Source: Oikopleura dioica (Eukaryota; Animalia; Chordata). Taken from it: 64,000 nucleotides of DNA. Positions 26,590-38,310 of the stretch are shown piece by piece. The position numbers and the translations under genes are program-made. The stretch is taken from positions 5,704,001-5,768,000 of the forward strand of contig OU015567.1 of NCBI GenBank assembly GCA_907165135.1, in the 5' to 3' direction. Each line of letters opens with the position of its first letter. The stretch's first letter is position 1. The notes under the pieces are model-generated. The model had not been told where the DNA came from, did not search any database, and saw only the letters and a program-made list of their open reading frames with translations.

Positions 26590-27630
26590 TTTTTCACGGG
26601 GCTGGAGCTGATGTTCGTCCACAGGCCGCCGCACATCGAGCGCTTGAGGAATCGGTGGTCCCAGCCCGAAATCAGCGATTCCTGACGATCTGCAAGCAGT
26701 TACGTTAGCGACAGAGAGACTGCAAGCGAACTTACTGTAGGTGTACGCTCCGGAGCGCGAGCAGTGCCTTAGATCTCGAGTTTCTTCGCGTCCGACAATT
26801 GTGCGGCGCACGAAATCGGTGTCCACAACCATCAAGGCGGCCCGTTTCGTCTCCGACTTGCCCACTTGAAAGGTCCGTCCCTTCAGACTCGTAACGTGCG
26901 GCTTCTTCATGCTCACTTCTCCGTCGAGACGCGACACTTTAACAGCTCGCACGAATCGTACAGCTCCCTGAAACAAATCCTAAACCCAGAATCTTTGAAA
27001 AAGCAAAGTAACCTTCATTGGAATGTTTTCGCCGAGTTGCTGGGCCGCAGCCGCTTTTGAAAGAATAGCGTACGATTCAGAGAGCGGGTCGCACTTGACG
27101 TCTTTGATCGTGTAAAGGGGACTGCAGTTGTTGTGCAGAGTAGGAGATGATGTGCGTGGCCATCCACTGGATCAGGTGGCCAACAGATTGGAGGATGCGC
27201 ATGTTCGTTTCGAAGGTATTCATCATTACGTTCAGCAAATCGTCGAGGTTCTCGTTCGAGTCTACAATCTGCGAGAGCCGTTCGCGAAGGTCAAAGTTTT
27301 CTTCATTCAAACTAGCTCCCGTTGGACGGAGGAAACTTATGAACAGCTCCAGAACAGCTGTGGTCAAAAGCTGAAGCAAGAAGTTAACTTTTATTAGCAA
27401 GAACGCTTGACTAACCGTGGATATCCTCGACGAGCGTGGTCAGCGGCGATTGAGCTCTTGAGCTTGGTGATCAAGGCGTTTGCCATCGAGTGATTTTGAA
27501 CCAACAGTCGTGCGTCCCAACAGTCAGTGTCCGAGAGAAGACTGTACTCCAGGAACAGTTGGATAGCTTCTTCTTTCATTTGCACGGGCAGTTCTGCTTC
27601 TAGCCACGGATTCACTGAAATAGTGAGCTT
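26590..27630 (-). pseudogene. MED16: Mediator subunit 16 3' fragment, internally deleted
   Basis: QLFLEYSLLSDTDCWD, FISFLRP...LQSVGHLIQWMATHII and WDHRFLKRSMCGGLW match recalled MED16 motifs; frame disruptions. Confidence 0.75.
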
Positions 27631-27729
27631 TTTGCAAATTTTAAAAAGAGGTCACCTTGCGAAACGTAAGGATTGCTGTTGTTGTCGAGTCATAACAAGG
27701 CGCATTCCGCTATAAATTATATAGCCTTT

Positions 27730-27940
27730 CATAGTGGTATAAGAAAATTATTTTGTTTGGTTTGTACCTGAAGCGTGGTCTGGTCTCTGGAGATCAGGAG
27801 CACGTGATAGGCGGTGAGGGCGCCGAGAGCCAGCGTGATCCAGCGAAGATAGGAATAGCCGACCAGCGAGAAGTAGCCGCAGCCGAACGTCGTCCAGAGG
27901 CAGAAGTTGAAGAAGTAGCGCCGGTTGAAATGGCCGACGC
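27730..27940 (-). pseudogene. ZDHHC16: ZDHHC16 fragment, diverged copy of ~53700-53972 with a 63-bp in-frame deletion
   Basis: Direct nucleotide similarity to the intact locus in this window; source bases 53810-53872 missing; intron retained. Confidence 0.92.
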
Positions 27941-28056
27941 CAAAAGAAAGAAGAACTAACCTTCTGGGAAAAAAGGAAGACTGGGATACGGCCCAGTTTT
28001 GAAAAAGCATTTTCGTCCGGCAAAGCCGCCTTTGAATTGGATTCTCAGCTGGAATT
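27941..28056 (-). pseudogene. NR2C2AP: NR2C2AP exon fragment, diverged copy of ~50511-50630
   Basis: FQLRIQFKGGFAGRKCFFKTGP versus KIQFQGGFAGQKCFFKTGP of the intact gene; nucleotide similarity visible. Confidence 0.9.
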
Positions 28057-28329
28057 TAACGACATTCTTTTCGTTCATAAGCGCCAAAAATTTCGCATTG
28101 TTTTTCAAGCCACAGTTGCATCAATGGCTAAATTTGAGATAATACATTTCATTACGATTCAGCGGAATCTTACACCCAATAATTGGGTCCCAATTTTCAG
28201 GCTGAAGTCTACCTGAAAAGCATTTTCCGAGTCCAAGAAGTTCACCAATCCCGTCGTCTCAACCGAAGCCAATCGCGCAAAAACGAGAAGAAAAGCTTGT
28301 TGAACAGTAAGAGTAGTAGAAGTTCTAGT

Positions 28330-28948
28330 AGTACTAGAATATTGCCACCGGCGACGGAATACGACAAGTCTCGCACGTGATAGCCTCCTTGCGGCTCCAT
28401 GTAGCGGAAAGGCTCGAAAGTGTTGGTCATTCCCGAAGAACCCAGAATTTCATGTTGAAGTAGTCTGCTCCTGTCGCCCGCCTGGAGGATCGAGGTAAAG
28501 TGCTTGCACTGGCTTACTTCCGTGGTTGAGCGCAATGCGGCTCGTTATCGGAAGCGTTATTCTTCGCCCATTGTCTTGCTAAAGTAAGAGTTAGTAAGCA
28601 AGAGTAGGTAAGATTGATTCGATCGACGAAAAATACCTCATCATCTGACTCTGAGTCACTGTCAGAGACTTCCTCTTCTTCTTTCTTCGCATTTTTCTTC
28701 GACTTTTTCGCGAGTTCTTGCATGTTAGGAATGACGAAGCCGGGAGGTAGAGCAGGACCGACATCTTCTCCGTCAGATTCTGGCGCCGGCTCGGCAGGTT
28801 TGGATGGCTTTGATTCAACTTTGCTTACAGTCCGTTTTTTCCGACTTTTGACGATTTTTCTCCTCCTCTTCTCGCCGGGCTAAAGTTTCATGGCTTCTTT
28901 CTTGAGCATCGCTTGGAGATCAAATGTACGCGCTTTTTTCTGACTCAT
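28330..28948 (-). pseudogene. WDR70: WDR70 5' fragment
   Basis: VGPALPPG, IALNHGSKPVQALYLDP, GMTNTFEPFRYMEP...YSVAGGNILV; in-frame TAG, frameshifts, intron retained; truncated. Confidence 0.8.
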
Positions 28949-29194
28949 CCTTTCGAATTCAACCAAAATCGATTTCTAGGATCTCTATTTGACAAGTCCG
29001 AAAATGCGAAATGAAGAGTTAGAACAAAATGTACCGTCGGTTATTGTTTTAAAAAGTTTCCAATTTATTTGGGAATGTGAACAGTAGATGTTAGCAGGGG
29101 ATAAATTGGGTGCGGGAATGTGAAAAGTGAACGTTAGCGACTATTCGTGAGTATATACATTTTATGTGAAGGTGGTGAAAATGGGAAGAAGGAA

Positions 29195-30930
29195 TCATTC
29201 AAGGACGGTGTCGAGGTTGAGATTTGGATTCTCCGAAAAGCCGATTTCGGTGTTGTTGTGGAGTTCTTGCCAGTCGCTCCAGTGGGCGTCTTCGAGCTCA
29301 TCCTTCTTTGGCTTCTCTGCAGATTCTTCGACTGTAGGAGTGGGTTTCTTCTTTTTCTTCGGCTTTTGTCTCTTTCTCTTCGATGGGTTTTCGCTAATTC
29401 CCGCTGGATCTGAAACTTCCGCTTTAGACCAGTCCCACTTGTCCGGATTCGATCCTCTGAAATTCCAAAAACTTGCTCTTGCTTCTATGCGGAGAACTAT
29501 TTCAGCTGACCATCTCATTCTTGAGAGGCAAGTTGATGATTTCTTCTGGAGAGTTGATCTTTTTGAACGTCTCAACTTCTCACGCCGGTAAAGAGCAAGT
29601 CGAGTCTTGCCCTTACTTCTTCGTCAATCGTTTCCGAGCATTCTGAGCTGTCCAATCTCGCTTTTCTTTGCTTTCTTTGGCGAAAGTTTGACTTTTGCCA
29701 TTTCTTTCTCCACTTTATCATCTTCGTCGTCCGAAATGACATCCAAATGAGGGTTTGCGGTAATTTTTGGTTTTGCTTTCGGTTCAAGTATTTCGGTATT
29801 TTTCCTCGGGCTTCGTTGTTTTTTGAACTGTTCCACTTGCGCCTCGGCATGAATTCTCAACGAAAAGATCTTCTGAAATACTCGCTGTGTTTCCTCGAAG
29901 CGGGGCTTACGCATTGGCACCATCAGTGGTCTTATCAGTACAATGTTTAGTTTTATTCTCAGCGACGCGATGAAGAGGCTGGAGAATCACGGATTTCTGA
30001 TGCTTCGGCGCACGGCAGAAGATCGTCGCGCATTTGGATAAAGTTGCTCCCCACTCGGTAATTTGCTCTTCGATTTTTCTACACAGTTCTTTTTCATTTT
30101 CTCGTCGTTATTGAGCACCCATGGACTTTGGTTTCATTCCTACACGAATGTTATCAGTCGCTTTGTAACTTTTTACTACCTTGATTGTCTCGAGTCGACT
30201 GCGCAGTGCCTCGCTTCGCCCTGAGTCAGGGCCCCTGACAACGTATTTCTTTATGCATTTGTGGAGCAAGGGCTTTCCATTTTCGAATATTCAACCGGCA
30301 AAAGCGCCAGCAGAGAATAGTAAAATTGCATCGTGTCGTTTTCCTTCAACCATTTTATTTTTTAAGATTCTTGGATCATACCTTCAGGAGCAATTTTCTC
30401 GGTGAAGGACCGTCGGGTCATAACCAGGCGTTTGAGAATTTCCAATTCCGACAAGCACTCGTTTCGATGAGCGACAAGACCTCGATTAGCTGTTATTCGT
30501 TCTTTGTCTTCGTTGAAAAAAATACATTTCCTAATGCACCATGAAGGGATATTATCAATCAGCAAAGAATACCTGCTGAGCACGCCCTCTAAATCGCATT
30601 TCAGGAGCATCCAGATTCGCAGAAGTTGCAATTTCCTCGTCTCCAGACCAATCCGACTCCTAGAAGCGTTCTTTTTTTTATTTCAGATGCACTTTTTTAC
30701 CTCCTCAGAGCTATCCGAGTCACCATCGCTCTCATTTTCTCCGCTTCCCGTTTTTGCTTTGAGCTTCGATTTTAGCAGATTTCTGTGCTCAGCTGACTTG
30801 TAATGCTGGACTTGATCTTCCCGAGTGACAAGCTCAATGTTCTACAGCAGAATTCGGATTCAGTCGGGATTGACACTTGACTTGCTGCGGCTTCTCCATC
30901 TGGAATCTCTTTTCCGATAACGAGGTTCTC
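29195..30930 (-). pseudogene. ANKZF1: ANKZF1/Vms1 pseudogene with ankyrin region deleted
   Basis: REDQVQHYKSAEHR zinc finger, KYVVR/AKRGTAQSTRD VLRF1 motif, MRKPRFEETQRVF, FWNFRGSNPDKWDWSKAEV; stops and frameshifts. Confidence 0.8.
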
Positions 30931-31140
30931 CTCCCCCGATTTCAACTGCTAGACCGGGCTTTTCTTTGGAAATAATCAACAAGCGCTACAAAACATGCTT
31001 CTGTATCTGACTTCCTTGCCTAAACATTGATCCTGAAGTTCCTTTTCAATGCAATCAAGAAAGACAAACGAATCCTCAGAAGGCTCATACACAGAATTGG
31101 TATAATCATACCATGCTGAATAATCTGGCGTTGGAGGCAT
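30930..31140 (-). pseudogene. N6AMT1: N6AMT1/HEMK2 methyltransferase 5' fragment fused to ANKZF1
   Basis: MPPTPDY...SVYEPSEDSFVFLDCIE...AVEIGGG; similarity ends in the SAM-binding motif. Confidence 0.75.
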
Positions 31141-31232
31141 TCTTAATTTTACGATGTCAGTTTTATTGAAATTTATAATTTGGCAGTATTTTAATTAAAA
31201 TTTATTTTTTTATAATTTATTATTTATTTTTA

Positions 31233-32586
31233 TTAAAGCGGTGCGTCTTCTGATGCTGCATGAGCGACCATCTGTCGTGGAAGACCTCTTCGCAGTAGCG
31301 ACATTGCATGGGAATCTAAACGAAACGGCGATAAACAACAACAACGTGAACCGGTGTTACCTCTTGATAAGAATGTTGGTTGCGCATGTGAACATCCAAG
31401 TTGGACTTTCGGCCAAACATCGTGTGGCAAATTTCGCCTTAAAACGCGGAATTGAAATCAACAACGAAAATCTGTTGCTTACATTCGAACTTTGGCGCGG
31501 TCTTCGTGTGCTGCTGCATGACGTGCCTTTTGAGCTTGCTGTTCTGCGTAAATCGCGCCTTGCAGTGCGGACACTCGTAGGGCTTTTCGCCCGTGTGCGA
31601 GAACTCGTGCCGCTTGAGATTGGAGCTGGATCCAAACGCTTTGCCGCAGATGTCGCAGCTGAACGGCTGCTCGCCCGTGTGAGTTCTGAAAAACTTTTAT
31701 CCAGAGTTGGACTTCCCGAATAGAAAATAAATTTTCTATTTTGAACTGACCTCATATGGCGACAAAAATTTGATTTATCGGCGGAAGCGTATTCGCACAA
31801 AGTGCATTTGAACGGTTTTTCGTCGGTGTGTTTGGACCGCCTGTGTTTCGTCAATCCACCAGATGTTACAAAGGCCATCTCGCAGTTCGCCTCTGGGCAC
31901 TAAGAAATTATTCAATGAGCGCTAGAAGTTGAAGTGTGTTTACCTTGTAAGGCTTGAAGCTGGAAGCTGGTTGGACTGACACTTCACTGGCTGACTCGTC
32001 AGACTAAGGTAAAGTTAGAGTTCTTTTTCATGATTTCAAATCGTTACCTCCTCTCGTTGATTGGAAGCAATAGATTCTGGCCTCGGAACATCTGAAGAAG
32101 AGCCAGAGAACGCAGGCTCAGGCTGTTCGGAGGTACCAGCGGTGACATTTGAAGATCGGTCAAATGTCTCGTAGTCAGGATTTGTCGTATCAGCAGCGTT
32201 TCTCTCGGAAGGAAGATTGGTCACGTTAGCAGTGTTGTCGAATGTGCCATACTCTGGATTCGTATCAACAGGAGTCTCTACTCTGCTCTCGTTGCCATCT
32301 GTGGTAATGATTTAAAAGAATTAATAGATTATCACTATGAATTATAGTCTATGATGGTCTCATGAAAGATACCATATTTGTGAATTTACAGATTTAAATC
32401 ATTTCCTGAATCAATGTTTTGTACTCGGTCATCAGACTCTGCATCTGATATGTCTGAAACTCCTGATGTGTCAACGTCTTCTTCCTCCGAATACTGGTCT
32501 GATACATCGCGAATAACAGTGAATTTGAAGTCTTCTGTTTCCAATTCGGCAATGACTATTAGCAGTGTAGACAGGTTGATTTTGCT
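31233..32586 (-). CDS. 3' part of PDZ + CTCF-like gene: PDZ end, acidic linker, six C2H2 fingers matching CTCF ZF3-ZF8
   Basis: Spliced reading [27 protein letters not shown]...CKARFTQ...[23 protein letters not shown]...[21 protein letters not shown]; open frames, plausible short introns. Confidence 0.8.
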
Positions 32587-32591
32587 CATGA

Positions 32592-33793
32592 TGATACGGA
32601 AGCGGCTGTCCTGCAAGAATTTTGCTCGATCTCTAACTCTAGAATGCCAAGCCAAAATAACGAGAATCAAATTTTAAATTTGCGTGGTTTTATTTGTGAT
32701 TTGAATGACGGAAAAAGGCGCGACGCGGGGTTAAATAGCAGCGAGATTCGATCAGTGTTTTTGAGCAAGCGGTTGTTTTTGAAAAACAATTTTTCTATCG
32801 AAAACAAGGAAGAGAGCCCGCGGCTTCTTTTAGCGGTTTTTCTTGCGGGAAATCCTTTCGGATCGATTTCTTTTCGGAAGAGGAGCTGGTCGAACTTGCC
32901 AAGCAAGTTATTTTCAAAGGTTTCGGGAGCCGGCGCCGCGCGTGACGAGATAAAACGCAAATTAATTATTATTTTTTTTTTTATAATAAAAGCAGAAAAT
33001 AATAACAGCCACTTAAACTTCTCACTATGTGACCGTAGAAGTGACTGTTAATTATGATTGAAATAAATAAAGGATGAGAAAAGTAAAAGAATATATACAA
33101 AATTTTAACAAATAAATTGAATAAAATTTGGTCAGGATTTTATAAAATAAATTTATCAAAATTGAAATCATAGAAGAAGCAAATTCCAAGGAACATACCC
33201 GGGGGAAGTTACTGTCGCGGTTCGCACCGTATCTTCTCTTACGGATGAGCTAGTTTGCGACAAGCGGACGCACTGACAGAGAGTTTGTCCGACCCCACGG
33301 CACCGAGATGATACGACGGTTTATCTGCTCGTTGGAGTTGTTGTTGTTGAAGAAGGTGTTGACGGCTATTCTGTTGTAGACTTTGAATCGTATGTACTGT
33401 CAATAATCGAACTTTAAAATCGCAAAGCAATGATAAGAAATATCAATAAATAGATTAAACATGCGGTTTTGCGAATTGCATATTTTTGATGAATTGACGT
33501 CAGATCGCATTATGATGAGAGCATATGAGCATTCCAATGATAGAACGTATAGATCGTAAGGAGATGACATGATGATAAGACAATTTTGGGTCAATCTGGC
33601 TCGTTAAAACTGACCATCTTTTCATTTTAAGTAGAATATCGTGAAATGATTTTTGCAAATATGTCTGATCAATTTGGTGATACCAAGCTGACAAGACAAA
33701 TTTAAACTAGCGTAGAACCGAATTGGCGTAAATATTTGGCCGTGAAATAAAAATTTTTTATTTGGCTTGAGGCGTTGTTCCCTAAGGATATCA
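32592..33793 (-). repeat. 3' LTR (1202 bp)
   Basis: Direct repeat of 39407-40603; the only difference I could see is a T-run length (11 vs 6). Confidence 0.96.
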
Positions 33794-33842
33794 CTGTGAC
33801 CTTCCATGGGTCCCAAACGAGCATCTTTATCGCCCATCTTTT

Positions 33843-36800
33843 TCATATTTCAGTTTCAAAGTCCGGAAGAAAAACAAGAACATTTTTACGCATTGGATGA
33901 TTTGGAAATTTTTTAAGCAGTTCTGTTTCGATAGATGCCTGTAAAATTGTTTTTGAGCAGTTTCGAAATTTACAGGGTAAATCATAAAATGCGCATACAG
34001 TTTTTAGCTCGGGGACAGTTAGTTCGTACAACGTTCGCTCTTTTTGCACTCTAAAGACCGCAAAAAAAAGGAGTTGTCCGTTTCTCGATTTGCGCCAATT
34101 CGGATATTCTCTACGAATAGTTTCCTTCACTTTTATCTGAAGTTTTGCCCTTGATTCCTCAAGATCAAATTCCTGATTCATTTTAAAAAGAATGAATAAA
34201 AGAGAGTCTCTTGTTAATTCGTTCAGTTTGATAAATATACCATTTCCAACATAGGTCTCCTCTATGTCGTCTGTATTTTTCCATTTATCATTAAGATATT
34301 CGAAAAACTCAAGATCATGATTTTCCATTTTAATTAAAATTGACATGTTTTCCAAATTATTTTCAACTGTAAATTTAGCAATTTTACGCTCGACAACGGA
34401 ATCATCAGATCTTTCCCTTCTACGTTTTATAGCAACTAGCGGATCAATTTCGGGCAATTTATCGTACGATGTCAAATTAACAGAGAGCTCAGAATCAGAA
34501 CTTGATTTCTCGGAATCAAGCACAATGTCTGATCCATTTCCTACTTGATTCAAATCACGTTCTTGATTACCATTTATATTCGGTACTGGCATTTCTATCA
34601 AAAGAGTCGATGAGGATGAAAAATTTTCTGGTTCTGAAGAAGAACTAGACCGCTCCCGATAAGGTTCCGATTGTAAAGACTGATCTGACCTTCCGGAGGA
34701 GAAAGGTTCATGCGCTTTTTCCGATTCTTTTTCTGTGGGGGAATTTTCAGCAAACCGGCCGAGGGAATCCTTCGAAAAAAGACAGTTTTCGGAAAAAAAT
34801 TCAAAAAACTCGAGATCGTTCTCTTGTGGCTTTGTCACAATCTTGGAGTATTTTTCAACATCATTATTCGTCTCTAAAATTGAATTTCGCTGAGAATAAC
34901 TTTTCATATGTTCCGCATGTCGCCTAAATTCGTCCTTATCATTTTTAACAGCGTACCACAGACCACTCGGGGATTTAAACGTCACTTCATAAGGACCTAA
35001 AAACGGAGGAAATTTTTCGCGGAAATTTTTAATAAGAACTTTATCGCCTAAATTGTATTCTTTGAAACGGGGATTTTCAAATTTGGTCATTCTTTTTTGC
35101 TTTTCTTGTTCAATTTTCGCACGAATTTTCCCAAAGTCTACGTCGATTTTATCTCCGTATGTTCGCCAATAAGGGTCTTGAAAATGATGACTGCTTTTTA
35201 TACCAGTTTCTACACAAAATGGGGTTGTTCCGAGTACTGTGTGTAAACTACTGTTTATTTCGTGAACAATTTCAAACAGAAAAATATCCCAATTCACCCA
35301 ATTTGAACGAGCCCTGAGCCTGGCTTTTATGGTTCTATTGACGTTTTCAACTTGCCCGTTAGACTGGGGATGACGCGGGGGAATATAATGTACACCAATT
35401 TTATTTTCTTTCAAAAATTTTTCAATCAGAACGTGTTCCTTCGCGTTATCTAAAACCATATATTTTGGAAATTTTGGATTTCTAAATAATACGCTCCGGA
35501 ATTTTTGCAGTAAATAATCCGATTTTTTGCACGATAGGGGCTCCGCGTAAACTTTTTTGCTAAAACCGTCAATAACCACCATTATATATTTATGACCAAA
35601 ATCAGTTTCTTGAAGTGGGCCAATTAAATCAAAGTACAAAATTTCAAAAGGGCCGCTTGGTGTTTCAGATTTGCCTAAAGGAGGTTTGTTAGGCTGTAGA
35701 TTTGGTTTTGAAATTTGACATTTGTGACATGATTTTATAAAGCTCGCGACTGTATTTTTTAATCCCGGCCAAAAATACTTTCTAGAAATTTTTTCGGTTG
35801 TAATATCGACTCCGAAATGAGAGTGATCATGATATTCGCTGCAAATTGTCTCTGTCAATGCCTCGGGGACGCAAAATCTTTTTTGATAGGCTGGAGAATT
35901 TATAGCTAGCTCACCAGACCCAAGGATTTCAAGGTCAGGTCTACGTAAAAAGAATGGGTAAAGCTCGCTTGGTGGGTTATTTGGCCATCTATCAATACTA
36001 ACGAAACGTCTAACTTGTGATAATACTGGGTCAGATTTTTGAAACTCTACGAATGATTCAGGGGTAAATTTTATTTGATTGATCGAACAATTTAATGTAT
36101 TACGACTAAGGCAATCACTTATTTTCATTTGATGAGTTTTCCTCTGTTCAATTCGAAATGAAAAGCCCTGAAGCTCCGTAAACCATCTTTGAATTTTTAA
36201 ATTATTCGTCTTGAAGGATTGAGCGTATTTAACACAAGAGTTATCAGTAATCCAAAGAAAATCGACATAAGCAAGATAAGCCCTCCATCGTTCCATACAT
36301 GTCTTCCCACTATAAAGTTCTTTTTCCAATGTCCCGTATTTCTGTTGTGCCGGCGTAAAATTAAGCGAGTGGTAAGCTATCGGTTGTAGGCAATTATGAG
36401 AATGATGGTGATTTTTATTTCGCTCCGCGCAAAGATAAAGAACTCCACCAAAACTATGATTAGATGCGTCTGTCTCGAGTACGAAAACACCGTCATTTAG
36501 TGGGGGGATTTTGAGCTCAAGAGCGTTATGGCAGATGATACTTTTGAGCTTTTCGAGTGAAATCGTCGCCTCTTTTGTCCAACAAAATGACCCTCTGTAC
36601 GTTTTTGAAATTTCTACTCCCAGGGGTGCAAAATTTTTAATAAATTTTCTGTGCTGCGAAAGAAGTCCGAAAAGTGATTGTGCCTCCTCACGGTTTCTCG
36701 GAATAGACAGATTTTTAACCGCTTCGATCTTGTCCTGTGATGGCCGTATTCTCCCTTCAAAAATTTCAAAACCCAAAATGCATGCTTTTCGCTCAAAAAA

Positions 36801-38310
36801 ACTCGCTTTGTCGATGTTAATCCGTAAATTATTTTGGTCTAAAATTTGAAATAATTTACGTAAATTGGCTAAATGTTCTTCTTCCGTTCTTGAATGGACC
36901 ACTAAATCGTCAAGATAAGCGCAAATTTGAGTTTTCGGCGTGTCTCGTAAAATAACATCCATGCATTTTGCGAAATGAATAGGGGCATTTTTGAGACCCA
37001 TTGGAAGCCTTTTCCAAGTAAATTGTCCGTCTTCAGTCGAAAAAGCTAGTTTTTCTCGCGATTTCTCATCTACGAGGCACTGATGAAATCCTTTTCGCAA
37101 ATCAACACAAGAAAAAATAATGCTATTTTCTAAATACCCTAAAACGTCTTCAATTTGTTGCAACGGATGATGCTGCTGGAGCGTAAACGAATTTAATTTC
37201 CTGTAATCAATACATAATCTGAATGTACCATTCTTTTTCCTTACGAGTAACGCGGGGCTATTATAGGGTGAATTAATTCGCATTATCATGTCTTGCCCAA
37301 GGTAGGAGGTAGTAGTACCGGTCATTATTCCCCGCAAGGCATATGGCGTTCTGTACATATTGCTACAAATCGGGCGATCAGTCTCTAGTTCAATCGAAAA
37401 TTTTTCAAGGTTCGAAACAGGCAAATTGTCGTCCTCGTCTTGAAATAAATGGGTGTATATAGCAAGAAGACCAAAAAGTACCGGCTTATTCTTTTTCGAT
37501 ATATTCCCTATTTTTAACCGCGAAAGAAGAAAATTAAGATCTTTTTTTGAGGGCTTGATTTGGGCGATCTCAGCTATTTCCGCTAGTTTCGCAAAGGCCG
37601 TGCCAGCAGGAATTTTAACTGTAGAATTCAGGGGATTTATAACAAGAATACGAAAGAATGGATTCTCGGGATCAACTCTCTGGAATGATTCTATTAACTC
37701 TAGCTTCGAATTTTTAAGCTGGCTTTCTTCTAAAAAAAAGATTCATTGATCTGTTCAAATGAGGAATTTTCAAATCGATAATTTGCTCACTTTTGCCTCG
37801 AAATGTGTAAGTTTGCTCAGAAACGGCATAAAAACTGTCTTGCTCAATGTTATTAACTGTTGGGCTTTTTGATGCATTATTACATAAATTCGCCATTCGC
37901 TCTATAGGACCAGATTTAACTAGACGATTTCGATGAAGATTGATCATAATTTCATTAGATTTAAGTGCTTCCGAACCGAGAATTGCCTGACAATTGTCAT
38001 TTACAATATAAAATCGCGATTTACCCCATTTTTCCGTTTTAACATGAAAATCACATTCGACAAAACCAAGAATTTCAATACTTCCTCCACCGTAATTTTT
38101 AGCAAAAATATCAGGGGCTTGAATTTTAACATTATCGGGAATAAATGATTTGGGCAAAAGGTTAAGTTGGGAGCCAGAATCGACGAGCATTTTTATTTTT
38201 TTTGAAAAAACTGTCATTTCTACAAAATATTGTAATCCAATGCGAAAAATTGAACAAGTCCTTGGAACTGGTGCCTGACCAGGGCTTTCAGTTCCATTTA
38301 CTCGTTTTTT
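33843..38310 (-). CDS. pol: Pol polyprotein (PR, RT, RNase H, integrase with long C-terminal extension); one apparent frameshift at ~37735
   Basis: LVDSGS protease, YLDD RT, ETDAS RNase H, HHCC and D-D-E integrase (FDLIG, LDNAK, NGQVE), GPY motif. Confidence 0.95.
38263..38310 (-). promoter_or_regulatory. gag-pol -1 ribosomal frameshift signal
   Basis: A AAA AAC heptamer in the gag frame, 7-nt spacer, TGGAACTG/CAGTTCCA 8-bp stem; the -1 frame is open into protease. Confidence 0.8.

Noticed and set aside
32667-33694. Short ORFs inside the LTR (duplicated at 39482-40504), possible env or accessory genes
   Set aside because: 60-100 aa with no signal peptide, TM segment or known motif; no env-like ORF anywhere in the element
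37731-37740. UUUUUUA-like slippery site within pol as a second programmed frameshift
   Set aside because: Restoring the frame needs removal of one T (+1), not -1; a T7-to-T8 homopolymer error or a recent mutation is simpler
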